DNA of 64,000 nucleotides, taken from the NCBI GenBank assembly GCA_044222185.1, contig JBGANV010000001.1, forward strand, positions 1,760,001 to 1,824,000, written 5' to 3'. This stretch comes from Planctomycetota bacterium. Lineage in GTDB: Bacteria; Planctomycetota; GCA-002687715; CAIWVZ01. This document shows positions 38,182-47,766 of this stretch, piece after piece (the first letter of the stretch is position 1; every line of letters starts with the position of its first letter). The position numbers were made by a program, and so were the translations under genes. Below the pieces are notes generated by a model. That model saw only the letters and a list, made by a program, of their open reading frames with translations, searched no databases and was not told the origin of the DNA.

Positions 38182-39728
38182 CGGTCCTGCGAAGCCGGCT
38201 CCTCGCACCCCTGGCGTCGACCCGCGGACGCATCTTCGTGACGTGCTGGATCCTCTTCGCAGTGCACTTCGCGCCGAACGTCGTGCGTGAGCACTACCCC
38301 GCATTCGCCCTGGTCTCGAACGGGAACTACCGGCTCGACGAGTACGTCGGCTTCCACTCCGACATCTTCGTGCACCAGGGTGACGGCCACGCCTACATCA
38401 ACAACAACGTCGGCGCCTCCGTCGTCGCCGCCATACCGTTGTTGATCTTCAGGCCCGTGCTCGACGCCCTCGAAGCCCACTCCAAGCGCCTCCTGAAGGA
38501 CCATCCCGCCGCCGCCGACCCGCCGTTCGTGACCAAGTATCCCAATCGCGAGAAGTTCATGCGCATCGTGCGCGAGCACGGCCTGGACCTGCGATTCGGA
38601 GCCGCGGCCGCCATCACGGCGACGCTGGTCATGGCGCCGCTTTCGGCCTTGATGGCGCTCTTCATCTTCGACCAACTCAGGCGACGCGGCGTCTCCGTGA
38701 ACCGCGCGACGATCCTCTCGTTCGTCTTCGCCTTCGGGACGCCGGTCTTCTTCCGCACGGCACACCTGAACCACAACATGATGGTCATGTACGGCACGTT
38801 CGGGGCGTTCTGTGCCCTTGCAACGGCTCTCGAAGGGACGACCCCGCTGACGGATCGGCGCGCGTTCGTCGCCGGGGTCCTGTGCGGCGCCGGAACCATG
38901 TGCGACTACAGCGGCACCATCCCGACAGCCGTGTTCGGCCTGGCCGTTCTGAAGCTCTCGTGGGCCGAGGGCCTTGGGACCGCAATCCGACGTGGAGCCG
39001 TGTACTCCCTGGGCGCACTCCTCCTGATCGCCATTCAGCTCCATTCCCAGTGGGCGTGCTTCGGTTCGTGGATCCATCCGCCCCAGACCTGGATGGCCGC
39101 GGCGAACTTCACGGACCTCGGATATCGGGGGTTCGCGCCGCCGGCCCCCGATCTTCTCCTCGACAACCTCTTCGAGCACCGCTGGGGGTTGTTCGCCTAC
39201 GGTCCGATCCTCGTCCTCGGGCTGTGGCCGCCGCGTCGCGCCCCGGACGCCGCTCCCGGCCTCGCGAGGCGGACGTGGGTGTTCGCCATGTCGTTTGCAC
39301 TGCCGTTCATGCTGTTCTGCGCGTCGAACCAATACGCGCGGATGCAATGGAACACGGGTGTGCGCTACCTGCTGCCGCTCGTGCCGTTCCTGTTCCTCGG
39401 CGCGGCGAACGTGCTCGCGCGCCTGCCGGGCTGGCTCCTCGCGGCCATCGCCGTACCCGCCGTCCTCCACGAATGGGTCCTCTGCCTTCGGCGCGACTGC
39501 GACATCCCGGGAGATTGGGCCCAGTTCCTTCAGGCAGGTCCCCGCCTGCCGTGGCTCGACGTCCTCTCGCGATCGCCGGCAGGTCGCACGTTCGCGCCGG
39601 AGGGCTCGATGCCCGCCATGGTCGTTCTCGCACTGACGCTGGCCGCGATCACCGGGCTGTGGTGGCTTGGCCGGAAGGCCGAGGCTCGCCGCGCCGCGAC
39701 GGCTTCAACAGGAACCACAGCAGCGTGA
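38178..39728 (+). CDS. polytopic membrane protein, GT-C-like
   Basis: About 11 TM segments, large first loop, FAFGTP, GLFAYGP, RYLLPLVPF; GTGA overlap. Confidence 0.7.
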   Translation: MTVLRSRLLAPLASTRGRIFVTCWILFAVHFAPNVVREHYPAFALVSNGNYRLDEYVGFHSDIFVHQGDGHAYINNNVGASVVAAIPLLIFRPVLDALEAHSKRLLKDHPAAADPPFVTKYPNREKFMRIVREHGLDLRFGAAAAITATLVMAPLSALMALFIFDQLRRRGVSVNRATILSFVFAFGTPVFFRTAHLNHNMMVMYGTFGAFCALATALEGTTPLTDRRAFVAGVLCGAGTMCDYSGTIPTAVFGLAVLKLSWAEGLGTAIRRGAVYSLGALLLIAIQLHSQWACFGSWIHPPQTWMAAANFTDLGYRGFAPPAPDLLLDNLFEHRWGLFAYGPILVLGLWPPRRAPDAAPGLARRTWVFAMSFALPFMLFCASNQYARMQWNTGVRYLLPLVPFLFLGAANVLARLPGWLLAAIAVPAVLHEWVLCLRRDCDIPGDWAQFLQAGPRLPWLDVLSRSPAGRTFAPEGSMPAMVVLALTLAAITGLWWLGRKAEARRAATASTGTTAA

Positions 39729-40965
39729 CCATGACCCAGTTGGTTGCTTCGGCGCCCACGAAGACGAGCGCCGCGCGCGGGGGATCGAGGTCACGGCCCG
39801 CGGCCGCGTAGCAGCAGATGCCGGCGGCCGTCGCCACGAGTGCGCCGACCATCTCGCCGCGCAGCTGTCCGCGAGCGACGAGTCCGAACCGCATGTTGCC
39901 GCTGAGGAACGCGATCGCCGGCACGAGACACATGACTTTCAGGTGACCGGCGGCAGCGGCGAAGTCCGGTCCGCCGAGGATCCCCGTAACCACTCCCGCC
40001 AGCGCGAGGACTCCGGCAATCAGTCCCACGGCGAATCCCCCCGTGATCAGGGTCGATCGCCAGACGGCGCGCGAGAGTCGTTCGCCGCCGTCGGTTTCGT
40101 CACCGTGGGCGAGCCGGGACCACGTGGGCAGGAGGTTGAAGAACCAAAGCCACACGACGGCATGCATGGCGACGACGAGGCGGTGCGCCGCACCGAACGC
40201 GCCGATGTCGGCCGACGGGTTCGCCAGTCCGAGAGCGACCGGAGGTGCGAAGAAACGCGCGGCCCAGGCGATCGTGCTCAACGACAACGGCCACGCCTCT
40301 GCGGCGATGGCTCGCGCACCGCGCGCGGCGCCCGAGAAATCCATGGGGCCGGTGCGCAGCCGGCCGGCGATCCGATGAAACGCGACGACGATTCCACAGG
40401 CCCCGGCCTGGATGAACGGTACGCGGAGTACGTCCTGTGGTGCTCGGACGAAGAGGTTCACGCCGAGGACCATCACCGCCTGCTCCAGAAGATTGCCCAG
40501 GACGACCGTCCCCATCTCACCGCGTCCTTGGAACAGCCATTCCGTGAGGGCCGCGCGCGCCACGAGGTAGAGGGGGTAGACGAGCAGCAGACTCGTCGCG
40601 GTTGGCGAGAGGCGACCGCTCGCGGCGATCACCAGGCACGTGCCGGCGGCGACCGCGACGAGGAGCCCGCGCAGGAGCGTGATGCGGGCCACGAGCCGCG
40701 CGGCATCCGCCGGCACCCTCGCGACGGCACGCGCCCCGAACGGGCCCAGACCCGATTCGATGACGAGGGCAGCCCCGAACGTCACGTTGAATGCCACCTC
40801 GAACTGCCCGTAAACCTGGCTGCCAAGAGCTGCCGTCAAGCTGTGCAGGATGGCGTAGAACCACACCAGCTTCCCCGCCACGTCGCCCGCCACGAGGAGG
40901 ACGAAACCGCGCCGAAGCCTCCGGCCGGCTGCGTTTTCCGTGGGTTGCGACGATGGATCCTGCAT
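39649..40965 (-). CDS. Wzx-like oligosaccharide flippase (MOP family)
   Basis: About 12 TM segments; LGSQVYG, ESGLG, WLFQG, IGAFGAA, LLP. Confidence 0.85.
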   Translation of the reverse strand: MQDPSSQPTENAAGRRLRRGFVLLVAGDVAGKLVWFYAILHSLTAALGSQVYGQFEVAFNVTFGAALVIESGLGPFGARAVARVPADAARLVARITLLRGLLVAVAAGTCLVIAASGRLSPTATSLLLVYPLYLVARAALTEWLFQGRGEMGTVVLGNLLEQAVMVLGVNLFVRAPQDVLRVPFIQAGACGIVVAFHRIAGRLRTGPMDFSGAARGARAIAAEAWPLSLSTIAWAARFFAPPVALGLANPSADIGAFGAAHRLVVAMHAVVWLWFFNLLPTWSRLAHGDETDGGERLSRAVWRSTLITGGFAVGLIAGVLALAGVVTGILGGPDFAAAAGHLKVMCLVPAIAFLSGNMRFGLVARGQLRGEMVGALVATAAGICCYAAAGRDLDPPRAALVFVGAEATNWVMVTLLWFLLKPSRRGEPRPSGQATTAR

Positions 40966-41172
40966 GGGGCGGGAGGATAACCGGGACCGCGCGCACCGGC
41001 CCCGTCATGGCCCGGCCGGGTTGTTCCGCGGGGTCGTTCCCGATTACGCTCTTCGGGTCACCCGGGCACGCAGGTGAAGCGATGCTGCGCCGCAGCGTCA
41101 CGTGCCCGCGACTCGATCCGAAACGGATTGGGCCCCGGACTTCCAGTTCCGCGAGCCCCCCGGAGATTCAGC

Positions 41173-42453
41173 ATGAAGCGTCTGATCCTCCTTTGCGCCC
41201 TCGTCACGCCGATCACGTTCGGCCAGATCGTCTACGCGCCGAACACGTGCGCCGCGCCCTATCAGATCTTCGACGGCATCAATCCCCAGCCCGCCGTCAG
41301 CGGTTACGTGTTCTCGAACGCGGCCTCGCTCCCTGGCAACGAACCGGGCTTCAGCTCGGCGAGCTGCGGCTTCGGCGGCAACCCCGGGTCCCGTGACGTC
41401 TTCTTCACCTACACGGCGACGGCGTCGGGGACCATCGCGTTCCAGACCTGCACGCCGCCGGGCTTCACCGCGGGGACGTTGTCCAACACGCAAGTGACCG
41501 TCCACGACACGTCATGCCCGGGCACGCTCACGAACCTCGCCTGCAACGACGACTCCTGCGGACTCCTGTCGTCCGCGAGCCTGTCCGTCGTGTCGGGGAC
41601 GACGTACTTCGTGCGCGTCGCGGGCTACGTCGGCGCCACGGGAACGTTCTACCTGACCGTCACGCCCGCCCAGCCGCCACCCGCGAACGACGCGTGTGCG
41701 AACGCGATTCCGATCACGGACGGTCTGACCACGAGCACCTGCGTGGGTGCCGCCACGGAAGCCGGGCTCCCCGCCGCCTGCGCGACGTTCACCTCGGACG
41801 TCTGGTTCTCGTACACGAACCCCTCGTCCACCTGCCCGGCGAGCGTGACGATCGACATGTGCACCGTCACGACGAATGCCTTCGACTCCGTGCTCGTCGT
41901 GTGGACCGGCACCTGTGGGAGCCTCACGCAGCTGGCCTGCAACGATGACTTCTGCGCAGCATCAGGGGCGCCGTCGCACGTCGTCTTCGCGCTCACGCCC
42001 GGCCAGACGGTGCTGATCTCGGTGGGGGCCTGGTCGAATTCCCAGGCGTACCCCTTCGCGATGAACGTGACGCACCACACCGCCGTGACCCAGGTCGTCG
42101 GAACGAGCTGCCCGAACTCGGGAATCTCGTTCTCGACCACGCTTCCCGTGCTGGGGCAGACGTCGACGATCTCGCTCACGGGGGCCACGCCGTCCGTGTT
42201 CGGGTCGATGTTCGTGAGCCTCCCGACGCCGGCCTACACGCCCATCGGAGCGTGCAACGTCTACGTCGACGTCTTCACCATGTTCGAGCTGCTGCAGTTC
42301 GCCACGGACACGGCCGGCGCGCTGACGCTGACGGTCCCGCTCCCGAACGACCCGCTCCTCGAGTGCGCGAGCGTCCACCTCCAGTGCGTCGATTTCGGCG
42401 GCAGCGCCGGGTTCGAGCTCTCGAACGGCGTGCTCGTGACCTTGGGCTTCTGA
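41173..42453 (+). CDS. secreted Cys-rich two-repeat protein + shared C-terminal domain
   Basis: GGAG RBS; signal peptide ending TFG-Q; two units with DV(F/W)FxYT and LACNDDxC. Confidence 0.88.
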   Translation: MKRLILLCALVTPITFGQIVYAPNTCAAPYQIFDGINPQPAVSGYVFSNAASLPGNEPGFSSASCGFGGNPGSRDVFFTYTATASGTIAFQTCTPPGFTAGTLSNTQVTVHDTSCPGTLTNLACNDDSCGLLSSASLSVVSGTTYFVRVAGYVGATGTFYLTVTPAQPPPANDACANAIPITDGLTTSTCVGAATEAGLPAACATFTSDVWFSYTNPSSTCPASVTIDMCTVTTNAFDSVLVVWTGTCGSLTQLACNDDFCAASGAPSHVVFALTPGQTVLISVGAWSNSQAYPFAMNVTHHTAVTQVVGTSCPNSGISFSTTLPVLGQTSTISLTGATPSVFGSMFVSLPTPAYTPIGACNVYVDVFTMFELLQFATDTAGALTLTVPLPNDPLLECASVHLQCVDFGGSAGFELSNGVLVTLGF

Positions 42454-42475
42454 GCCGCGTGATGGAGAGTCGGGC

Positions 42476-43420
42476 GTGAACGCGCCCGACTCCGAGCACG
42501 ACCTGCCCGCACTCTCGGTGATCCTCACCGTCGTCAGCGGGCTCCCGTCCGTGCGACGCACGCTTTCGGCGCTGGCACCGATCGCCGGCGACGTCGAAAT
42601 CCTCGTCCCGGTCGAGTCGGAGCGGCGAGACGTGCTGGACCTCGCCGCCCAGTTCCCCGGGGTCCGATTCCTCGACCTGGGCGTCCTCCCGCTCGACGCC
42701 CGCAACCCGGGGCCCGAGCGCGAGCACGAGTGCTACGACCGCCGCCGCGCCGCGGGCGTCCTCGCCTCACGAGGCTCCGTGATCGCGATCCTCGAGGACC
42801 ACGGGACGCCGGCACCAGGCTGGGCCGAAGCCGTGATCGCAGCCCATCGCCGCCTCCCGCACGCGGCCATCGGCGGCGTGGTCACCAACGCGATCCACAG
42901 GCCGCGACAGGACGCGCTGTGGCTTTGCGACTTCCACCGCTACGCCCCCCCAAGGCCGCCCGGGCCCACCAACGCGCTGACGGACGTGAACGTCTCGTAC
43001 AAGCGCCCCCCGCTGTTCGCTCTGAAAGCGTGTTGGCATGACCGCTACCACGAACCCGTCGTCCACTCCGGCCTTCTGCAAGGCGGCGAAATCCTCTGGC
43101 TGGATCCGCAGCTCGTCATCGCCCAGGAACGACCGGAGCGGAGCCTCGGCGCACTCGTCGCCGAGCGGTACGCCTGGGGTCGCCTTTTCGGCGTCATCCG
43201 TGCGGGCATCCTCCCGAGATACGCGTCCAGACTGATGGGCGTGGCCGCGCTCGCGCTCCCACCGCTGCTTTTGTGGCGAATCCTGCGGTCGGCCCCCGGT
43301 CGGATCCCGTTCGGGCGTCTCCTTCGCGCGCTCCCGTGGCTGAGCCTGCTCGTCACCGCCTGGTCGGTCGGCGAGTCGGCGGGCTGCCTTCGCGGCCGGT
43401 CTCGGGACTCCCTCCCTTGA
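42476..43420 (+). CDS. divergent GT2-like protein with C-terminal TM helices
   Basis: LSVIL start strand, RAAGV, ILEDH in the DxD position, NVSYKR. Confidence 0.7.
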   Translation: MNAPDSEHDLPALSVILTVVSGLPSVRRTLSALAPIAGDVEILVPVESERRDVLDLAAQFPGVRFLDLGVLPLDARNPGPEREHECYDRRRAAGVLASRGSVIAILEDHGTPAPGWAEAVIAAHRRLPHAAIGGVVTNAIHRPRQDALWLCDFHRYAPPRPPGPTNALTDVNVSYKRPPLFALKACWHDRYHEPVVHSGLLQGGEILWLDPQLVIAQERPERSLGALVAERYAWGRLFGVIRAGILPRYASRLMGVAALALPPLLLWRILRSAPGRIPFGRLLRALPWLSLLVTAWSVGESAGCLRGRSRDSLP

Positions 43421-43455
43421 GCCCGCTACAATCCCCGGCCGATCAAAGAGATGCG

Positions 43456-44364
43456 ATGAGTGCAGCGAAGTCGGAAGAGGGCCGGCCTCACCCGGAGGTC
43501 ACCGTCGTGATCCCTGCCTACAACGAGCGGGACGGGATTGCGCGGACGGTCCGCGAGATCAACTCCGTCCTTTCGGGGGCGGGGATCGCGTTCGAGGTCA
43601 TCGTCGTCGACGACGGCTCGACCGACGGCACCCCCGAGGCCGCGGAGGCCGAGGCCTGTCGCGTGATCCGCGCCCACCGGAACTCGGGGTACGGGGCGTC
43701 CCTGAAGCGTGGGATCGCGGCGGCGCATTCGGACCGCATCGCGATCATCGACGCCGACGGCACCTACCCGGCGACGGCGTTGCCCGAACTCGTGCGGCGC
43801 TCGCGCACCGTCGACATGGTCGTCGGCGCCCGGACGGGGCAGAACGTCAACATCCCGCTCCAGCGTCGACCCGCGAAGGCGTTCATCACGTGGCTCGCGG
43901 GCTACCTCTGCGGGCGGCACATCCCCGATCTGAACTCCGGGCTGCGCATCTTCCGTCGCAAGCACGCGCTGCGGTTCGCGCGCATCCTGCCCGCCGGCTT
44001 CTCCTTCACGACGACGATCACGCTCGCGCTGCTCTGCAACGACTACGCCGTCGACTACGTGAGCATCGATTATCACAAGCGGATCGGGACGTCGAAGATC
44101 CGCGCACGCCACGCCTACGACTTCACGCTCCTGATCCTCCGGTGCATCGTCCTCTTCAATCCGCTGAAGGTCTTCCTGCCCGTCGGCGCCGTGCTCGCGA
44201 TCCTCGGGTTCGCGAAGTTCATCTACGACTGCATGAAGGAGAATCTCAGCGAGAGCGCCGTCATGTGCATCCTCGGCGCCATCATCGTCTGGTGCGTGGG
44301 CCTGCTCGCCGACCAGAACACGCGCCTCGGGCTGGACCCCCGCGCGTGGGACGAAGAGGACTGA
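43456..44364 (+). CDS. GT2 polyprenol-phosphate glycosyltransferase (DPM/GtrB-like)
   Basis: VIPAYNE, VVDDGSTD, GYGASLK, IDADGTY, DLNSGLR; two C-terminal TM helices. Confidence 0.93.
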   Translation: MSAAKSEEGRPHPEVTVVIPAYNERDGIARTVREINSVLSGAGIAFEVIVVDDGSTDGTPEAAEAEACRVIRAHRNSGYGASLKRGIAAAHSDRIAIIDADGTYPATALPELVRRSRTVDMVVGARTGQNVNIPLQRRPAKAFITWLAGYLCGRHIPDLNSGLRIFRRKHALRFARILPAGFSFTTTITLALLCNDYAVDYVSIDYHKRIGTSKIRARHAYDFTLLILRCIVLFNPLKVFLPVGAVLAILGFAKFIYDCMKENLSESAVMCILGAIIVWCVGLLADQNTRLGLDPRAWDEED

Positions 44365-44370
44365 CGGGCC

Positions 44371-45348
44371 ATGCCGAGTCGCCGCGCCCTGAAGGTCGGG
44401 ATCAAGCTCGTGCTCACGGCCGTCGCCCTCGTCGTCGTGCTCCGATGGGTGGGTGCGGACAACGTGCGGCAACTGCTGCGGTCGGTTTCCGTCGTCGACT
44501 GGACGATCAGCCTGGCGCTCTTCTGCACGATCCACGCGGTCGCCAGCCTCAAATGGCGGCTGTTCATCGGACTGTGCGGAGGTCGACTCTCGGTCGGGGC
44601 CACGTTGCGCTGCTACGCCGCGGGGCTGTTCGCAAACCTCTGCCTGCCGTCCATGATCGGTGGTGACGTCATGCGCGCGGGTCTCGCGGCGAAGGCGAAC
44701 AAGCGGAAGGAAGCCGTCGTCCTCGGAAGCCTCGTCGATCGATTCTCCGATTTCGTCGGTCTCGCGCTCATCGCGGTCTGGGGACTCCTCCTCGCGATCT
44801 CCGGCTCGACCGGAAGCCAGGGCTCCATCGACACGGGAAAGAACACCCTCGTCGCGTTCTTCGTCAGCGCGGCGGCCCTCGTCGTCGGGGTCGTCATCCT
44901 GACACGACTCCGCCCCAAGCCTTCGTGGCCCCCCAGGGTCCGGTTCGCCATGCTTCGCGGCGCGCTCGCGGTGAGGAAGCTGCGGCGTCGCGGCCTGACG
45001 GCGGCTCTCGGCCTCTGCGCATCGGCAGCGTTGCAGGTGGCACTGCTCCTCGTCCACCGGCGACTGGCCGTCACCATGGGGATGCCCGCGAGTCTCCCGG
45101 CATGGTTGTTCGTCTGGCCACTCGCGAAGATCGCAGCCATGCTGCCGCTCAGCCTGGGCGGTCTCGGTGTCCGCGAGGCGGCGTTTGCGTCGCTCGGAGC
45201 CGGCATGGGGTTCCCGAAGGATCTCGCGGTTGCGTGCTCACTCGCCTGGCAGTGCGTTCTGATCAGCGGAGGACTCGTCGGAGGTGCCATCTGGGGTCTC
45301 TACCGCGAGCCGTCGCGCCGCGCGCAGGCGGAGGTCGCGACACCATGA
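44371..45348 (+). CDS. LPG_synthase_TM (flippase-like) membrane protein
   Basis: NLCLPSMIGGDVMR, VDR, LPLSLGGLGVRE. Confidence 0.9.
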   Translation: MPSRRALKVGIKLVLTAVALVVVLRWVGADNVRQLLRSVSVVDWTISLALFCTIHAVASLKWRLFIGLCGGRLSVGATLRCYAAGLFANLCLPSMIGGDVMRAGLAAKANKRKEAVVLGSLVDRFSDFVGLALIAVWGLLLAISGSTGSQGSIDTGKNTLVAFFVSAAALVVGVVILTRLRPKPSWPPRVRFAMLRGALAVRKLRRRGLTAALGLCASAALQVALLLVHRRLAVTMGMPASLPAWLFVWPLAKIAAMLPLSLGGLGVREAAFASLGAGMGFPKDLAVACSLAWQCVLISGGLVGGAIWGLYREPSRRAQAEVATP

Positions 45349-46769
45349 GCGAACCGCACGTCGTCATCCTCGGCAGCGGGCCCGCGGGACTCGGTGCCGC
45401 CTACCGCCTTCGGCGCGACCTCGGAGTCCGCGCAACGGTGCTCGAGCAGGCCCCGAGCGTCGGCGGATGCGCCGGCGGTTTCGAGTTCGAAGGCATCCAC
45501 TGCGACTTCGGAAGCCATCGGCTCCACCCGAGCACGCCGCCGGACGTCATGGCCGACATCCGGTCCCTCCTGGGTCCGGACCTCCTCGATCGGCCGCGCC
45601 ATGGACGGATCCGTCTCATGGGTCGCTGGATCCACTTCCCGTTGAAGCCCCTCGACCTGGCGCTCCGAGCGCATCCGCGATTCGGGCTGGGCGTCGTGAA
45701 GGACGGCCTCACGAAAGCCCTCGGCAGGCGCGCGAGCGCATCCCCGGAGACGTTCGCATCGATCCTCGAGTCGGGCCTCGGCTCCACGATCTGCCGCCAG
45801 TTCTACTTCCCCTACGCATGGAAGATGTGGGGGCAGGACCCGGTGACACTCTCTCCGATCCAGGCGCGCAAACGTGTCTCCGCAGGCTCACTCGGCCGCA
45901 TGGTGAAACGGATCCTGGGCGCAGTGCCCGGGTTCAAGAAGCCAGGCTCGGGGCGATTCTTCTACCCGAAGCAGGGCTTCGGTCAGATCTGTCGTGCCTA
46001 CCACGAAGCGGCGACGCGGCTTGGGGCCGAGTTCACGATGAAGGCTCGAGTCACCGCCATCGATCGCGACGCACGCGGCGTGACCGGAGTGCGCTACGAG
46101 TCCGAAGGCGTCGAGCGCAGGATCGACACCGGGCACGTCTGGTCGACGATCCCGATCACGCGGCTTGCGTCCATGCTTGCGCCTCCGCCGCCTGGCGAGA
46201 TCGTGCGCGCCGCCAGCGCGATCACGTTCCGCTCCATGGTGCTCGCGTACCTGGTGGTGCCCGTGAGCCAGTTCACCGAGTTCGACGCCCATTATTTTCC
46301 GGAGACGGAGATCCCGTTCACGCGGCTGTCTGAACCGAAGAATTACTCGGTGAGCACGGAGCCGCCCAAGACCACCATCCTGTGCGCGGAGATCCCGTGC
46401 GCGCGAACCGACGCCGTGTGGACCATGTCGGATGAGGACCTGGGCCGGCTCGTCTCCGACGGACTGGCGAAGGCCGGACTTCGACTGCCGGCGCCTCCCA
46501 TCCGCGTGGCATCACGCCGACTCGAGAACGCCTACCCGATCTACGGCATCGGCTACGAGCAGGCGTTCGACGCGCTCGATGCGTGGGTGGCGGAGATCCC
46601 AGGCCTGCTGAGCTTCGGTCGCCTCGGCTTGTTCGCACACGACAACACTCATCACGCTCTGCACATGGCGTACGCAGCGACGAGCTGCCTCGCCCGCGAC
46701 GGACGATTCGATACAAAAGCGTGGGCCGGACACCGTGACGCATTCCGTGCGCACGTCGTCGAGGACTGA
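45345..46769 (+). CDS. FAD-dependent oxidoreductase, UGM/PPO-like (second paralogue)
   Basis: GSGPAG, DFGSHRLH, FYPKQGFG, AYPIY, GRLGLFAHDNTHH; ATGA overlap. Confidence 0.85.
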   Translation: MSEPHVVILGSGPAGLGAAYRLRRDLGVRATVLEQAPSVGGCAGGFEFEGIHCDFGSHRLHPSTPPDVMADIRSLLGPDLLDRPRHGRIRLMGRWIHFPLKPLDLALRAHPRFGLGVVKDGLTKALGRRASASPETFASILESGLGSTICRQFYFPYAWKMWGQDPVTLSPIQARKRVSAGSLGRMVKRILGAVPGFKKPGSGRFFYPKQGFGQICRAYHEAATRLGAEFTMKARVTAIDRDARGVTGVRYESEGVERRIDTGHVWSTIPITRLASMLAPPPPGEIVRAASAITFRSMVLAYLVVPVSQFTEFDAHYFPETEIPFTRLSEPKNYSVSTEPPKTTILCAEIPCARTDAVWTMSDEDLGRLVSDGLAKAGLRLPAPPIRVASRRLENAYPIYGIGYEQAFDALDAWVAEIPGLLSFGRLGLFAHDNTHHALHMAYAATSCLARDGRFDTKAWAGHRDAFRAHVVED

Positions 46770-46785
46770 CGCTGGAGACGCTCTC

Positions 46786-47766
46786 ATGAAGATCCTGATC
46801 ACCGGCGGTGCCGGATTCGTAGGCTCGCATCTCTGCGAAACGCTCGTCGCACGCGGGCACGAACTCGTGGTCATCGACGACCTCTCGACGGGTCGGATCG
46901 AGAACATCGCCCACCTGGAGAAGAGCGGGAAGGTCCGCATCGTCGTCGACAGCGTCGCCCGCGAATCGCTCGTCGAGGAACTGGTGCGCGCGACTGACAA
47001 GGTTTTCCACCTCGCCGCCGCCGTCGGCGTCAGACTGATCCTCGAACAGCCGACTCACACGATCGAGACGAACATCGCGGGAACGGAGGTCGTCCTCCGC
47101 TACGCGTCGCGCTATCGCCGGCCCGTGCTGATCACTTCCACGTCCGAGGTCTACGGAAAGAGCGAGCACGTCCCCTTCCGCGAGGAGGACGACGTGCTGC
47201 TCGGGCCGACGAACCGCCAACGCTGGGCGTATGCGGCATCGAAGATGGTCGACGAGTTTCTCGCGCTCGCGTACTGGCAGGAAAAGCGCCTCCCGGTCGT
47301 GATCGCACGGCTTTTCAACACCGTGGGCCCGCGCCAGACCGGCCGCTACGGCATGGTCATTCCGCGGCTCGCGGCCCAGGCCATCGCTGGCGAGCCCCTC
47401 ACCGTTTACGGCGACGGCGAGCAGAGCCGCTGCTTTGGCTCCGTGCGCGACGTCGTCGAGGGTCTCGCTCGACTCATGGACTGCGAAGGCGCCATCGGCG
47501 AGGTCGTGAACCTGGGCAACCCCCAGGAAGTGACGATCAACGAGCTCGCACGGTTGATCATCGAGATCGCAGGCAGCCGCTCCGAAGTCCGGCACATCCC
47601 GTACGACCAGGCCTTCGCGGCCGGATTCGAGGACATGCGGCGGCGCATTCCCGACATCACCAAGGCCCGGCGACTGATCGGATTCGAGCCGAAGGACGAC
47701 CTGCGAAGCATCATCACGGCCGTGGTCGCCGATCAGCGCAAGCGCGGTCGCAACCATGACGGCTGA
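46786..47766 (+). CDS. NAD-dependent nucleotide-sugar epimerase/dehydratase (extended SDR)
   Basis: TGGAGFVGSH, HLAA, STSEVYG, YAASK, RLFNTVGP. Confidence 0.94.
   Translation: MKILITGGAGFVGSHLCETLVARGHELVVIDDLSTGRIENIAHLEKSGKVRIVVDSVARESLVEELVRATDKVFHLAAAVGVRLILEQPTHTIETNIAGTEVVLRYASRYRRPVLITSTSEVYGKSEHVPFREEDDVLLGPTNRQRWAYAASKMVDEFLALAYWQEKRLPVVIARLFNTVGPRQTGRYGMVIPRLAAQAIAGEPLTVYGDGEQSRCFGSVRDVVEGLARLMDCEGAIGEVVNLGNPQEVTINELARLIIEIAGSRSEVRHIPYDQAFAAGFEDMRRRIPDITKARRLIGFEPKDDLRSIITAVVADQRKRGRNHDG

Noticed and set aside
39649-39728. 80-bp convergent overlap of the GT-C-like and flippase 3' ends
   Set aside because: Both tails are low-complexity and stop drift is common at high GC; no evidence of function.
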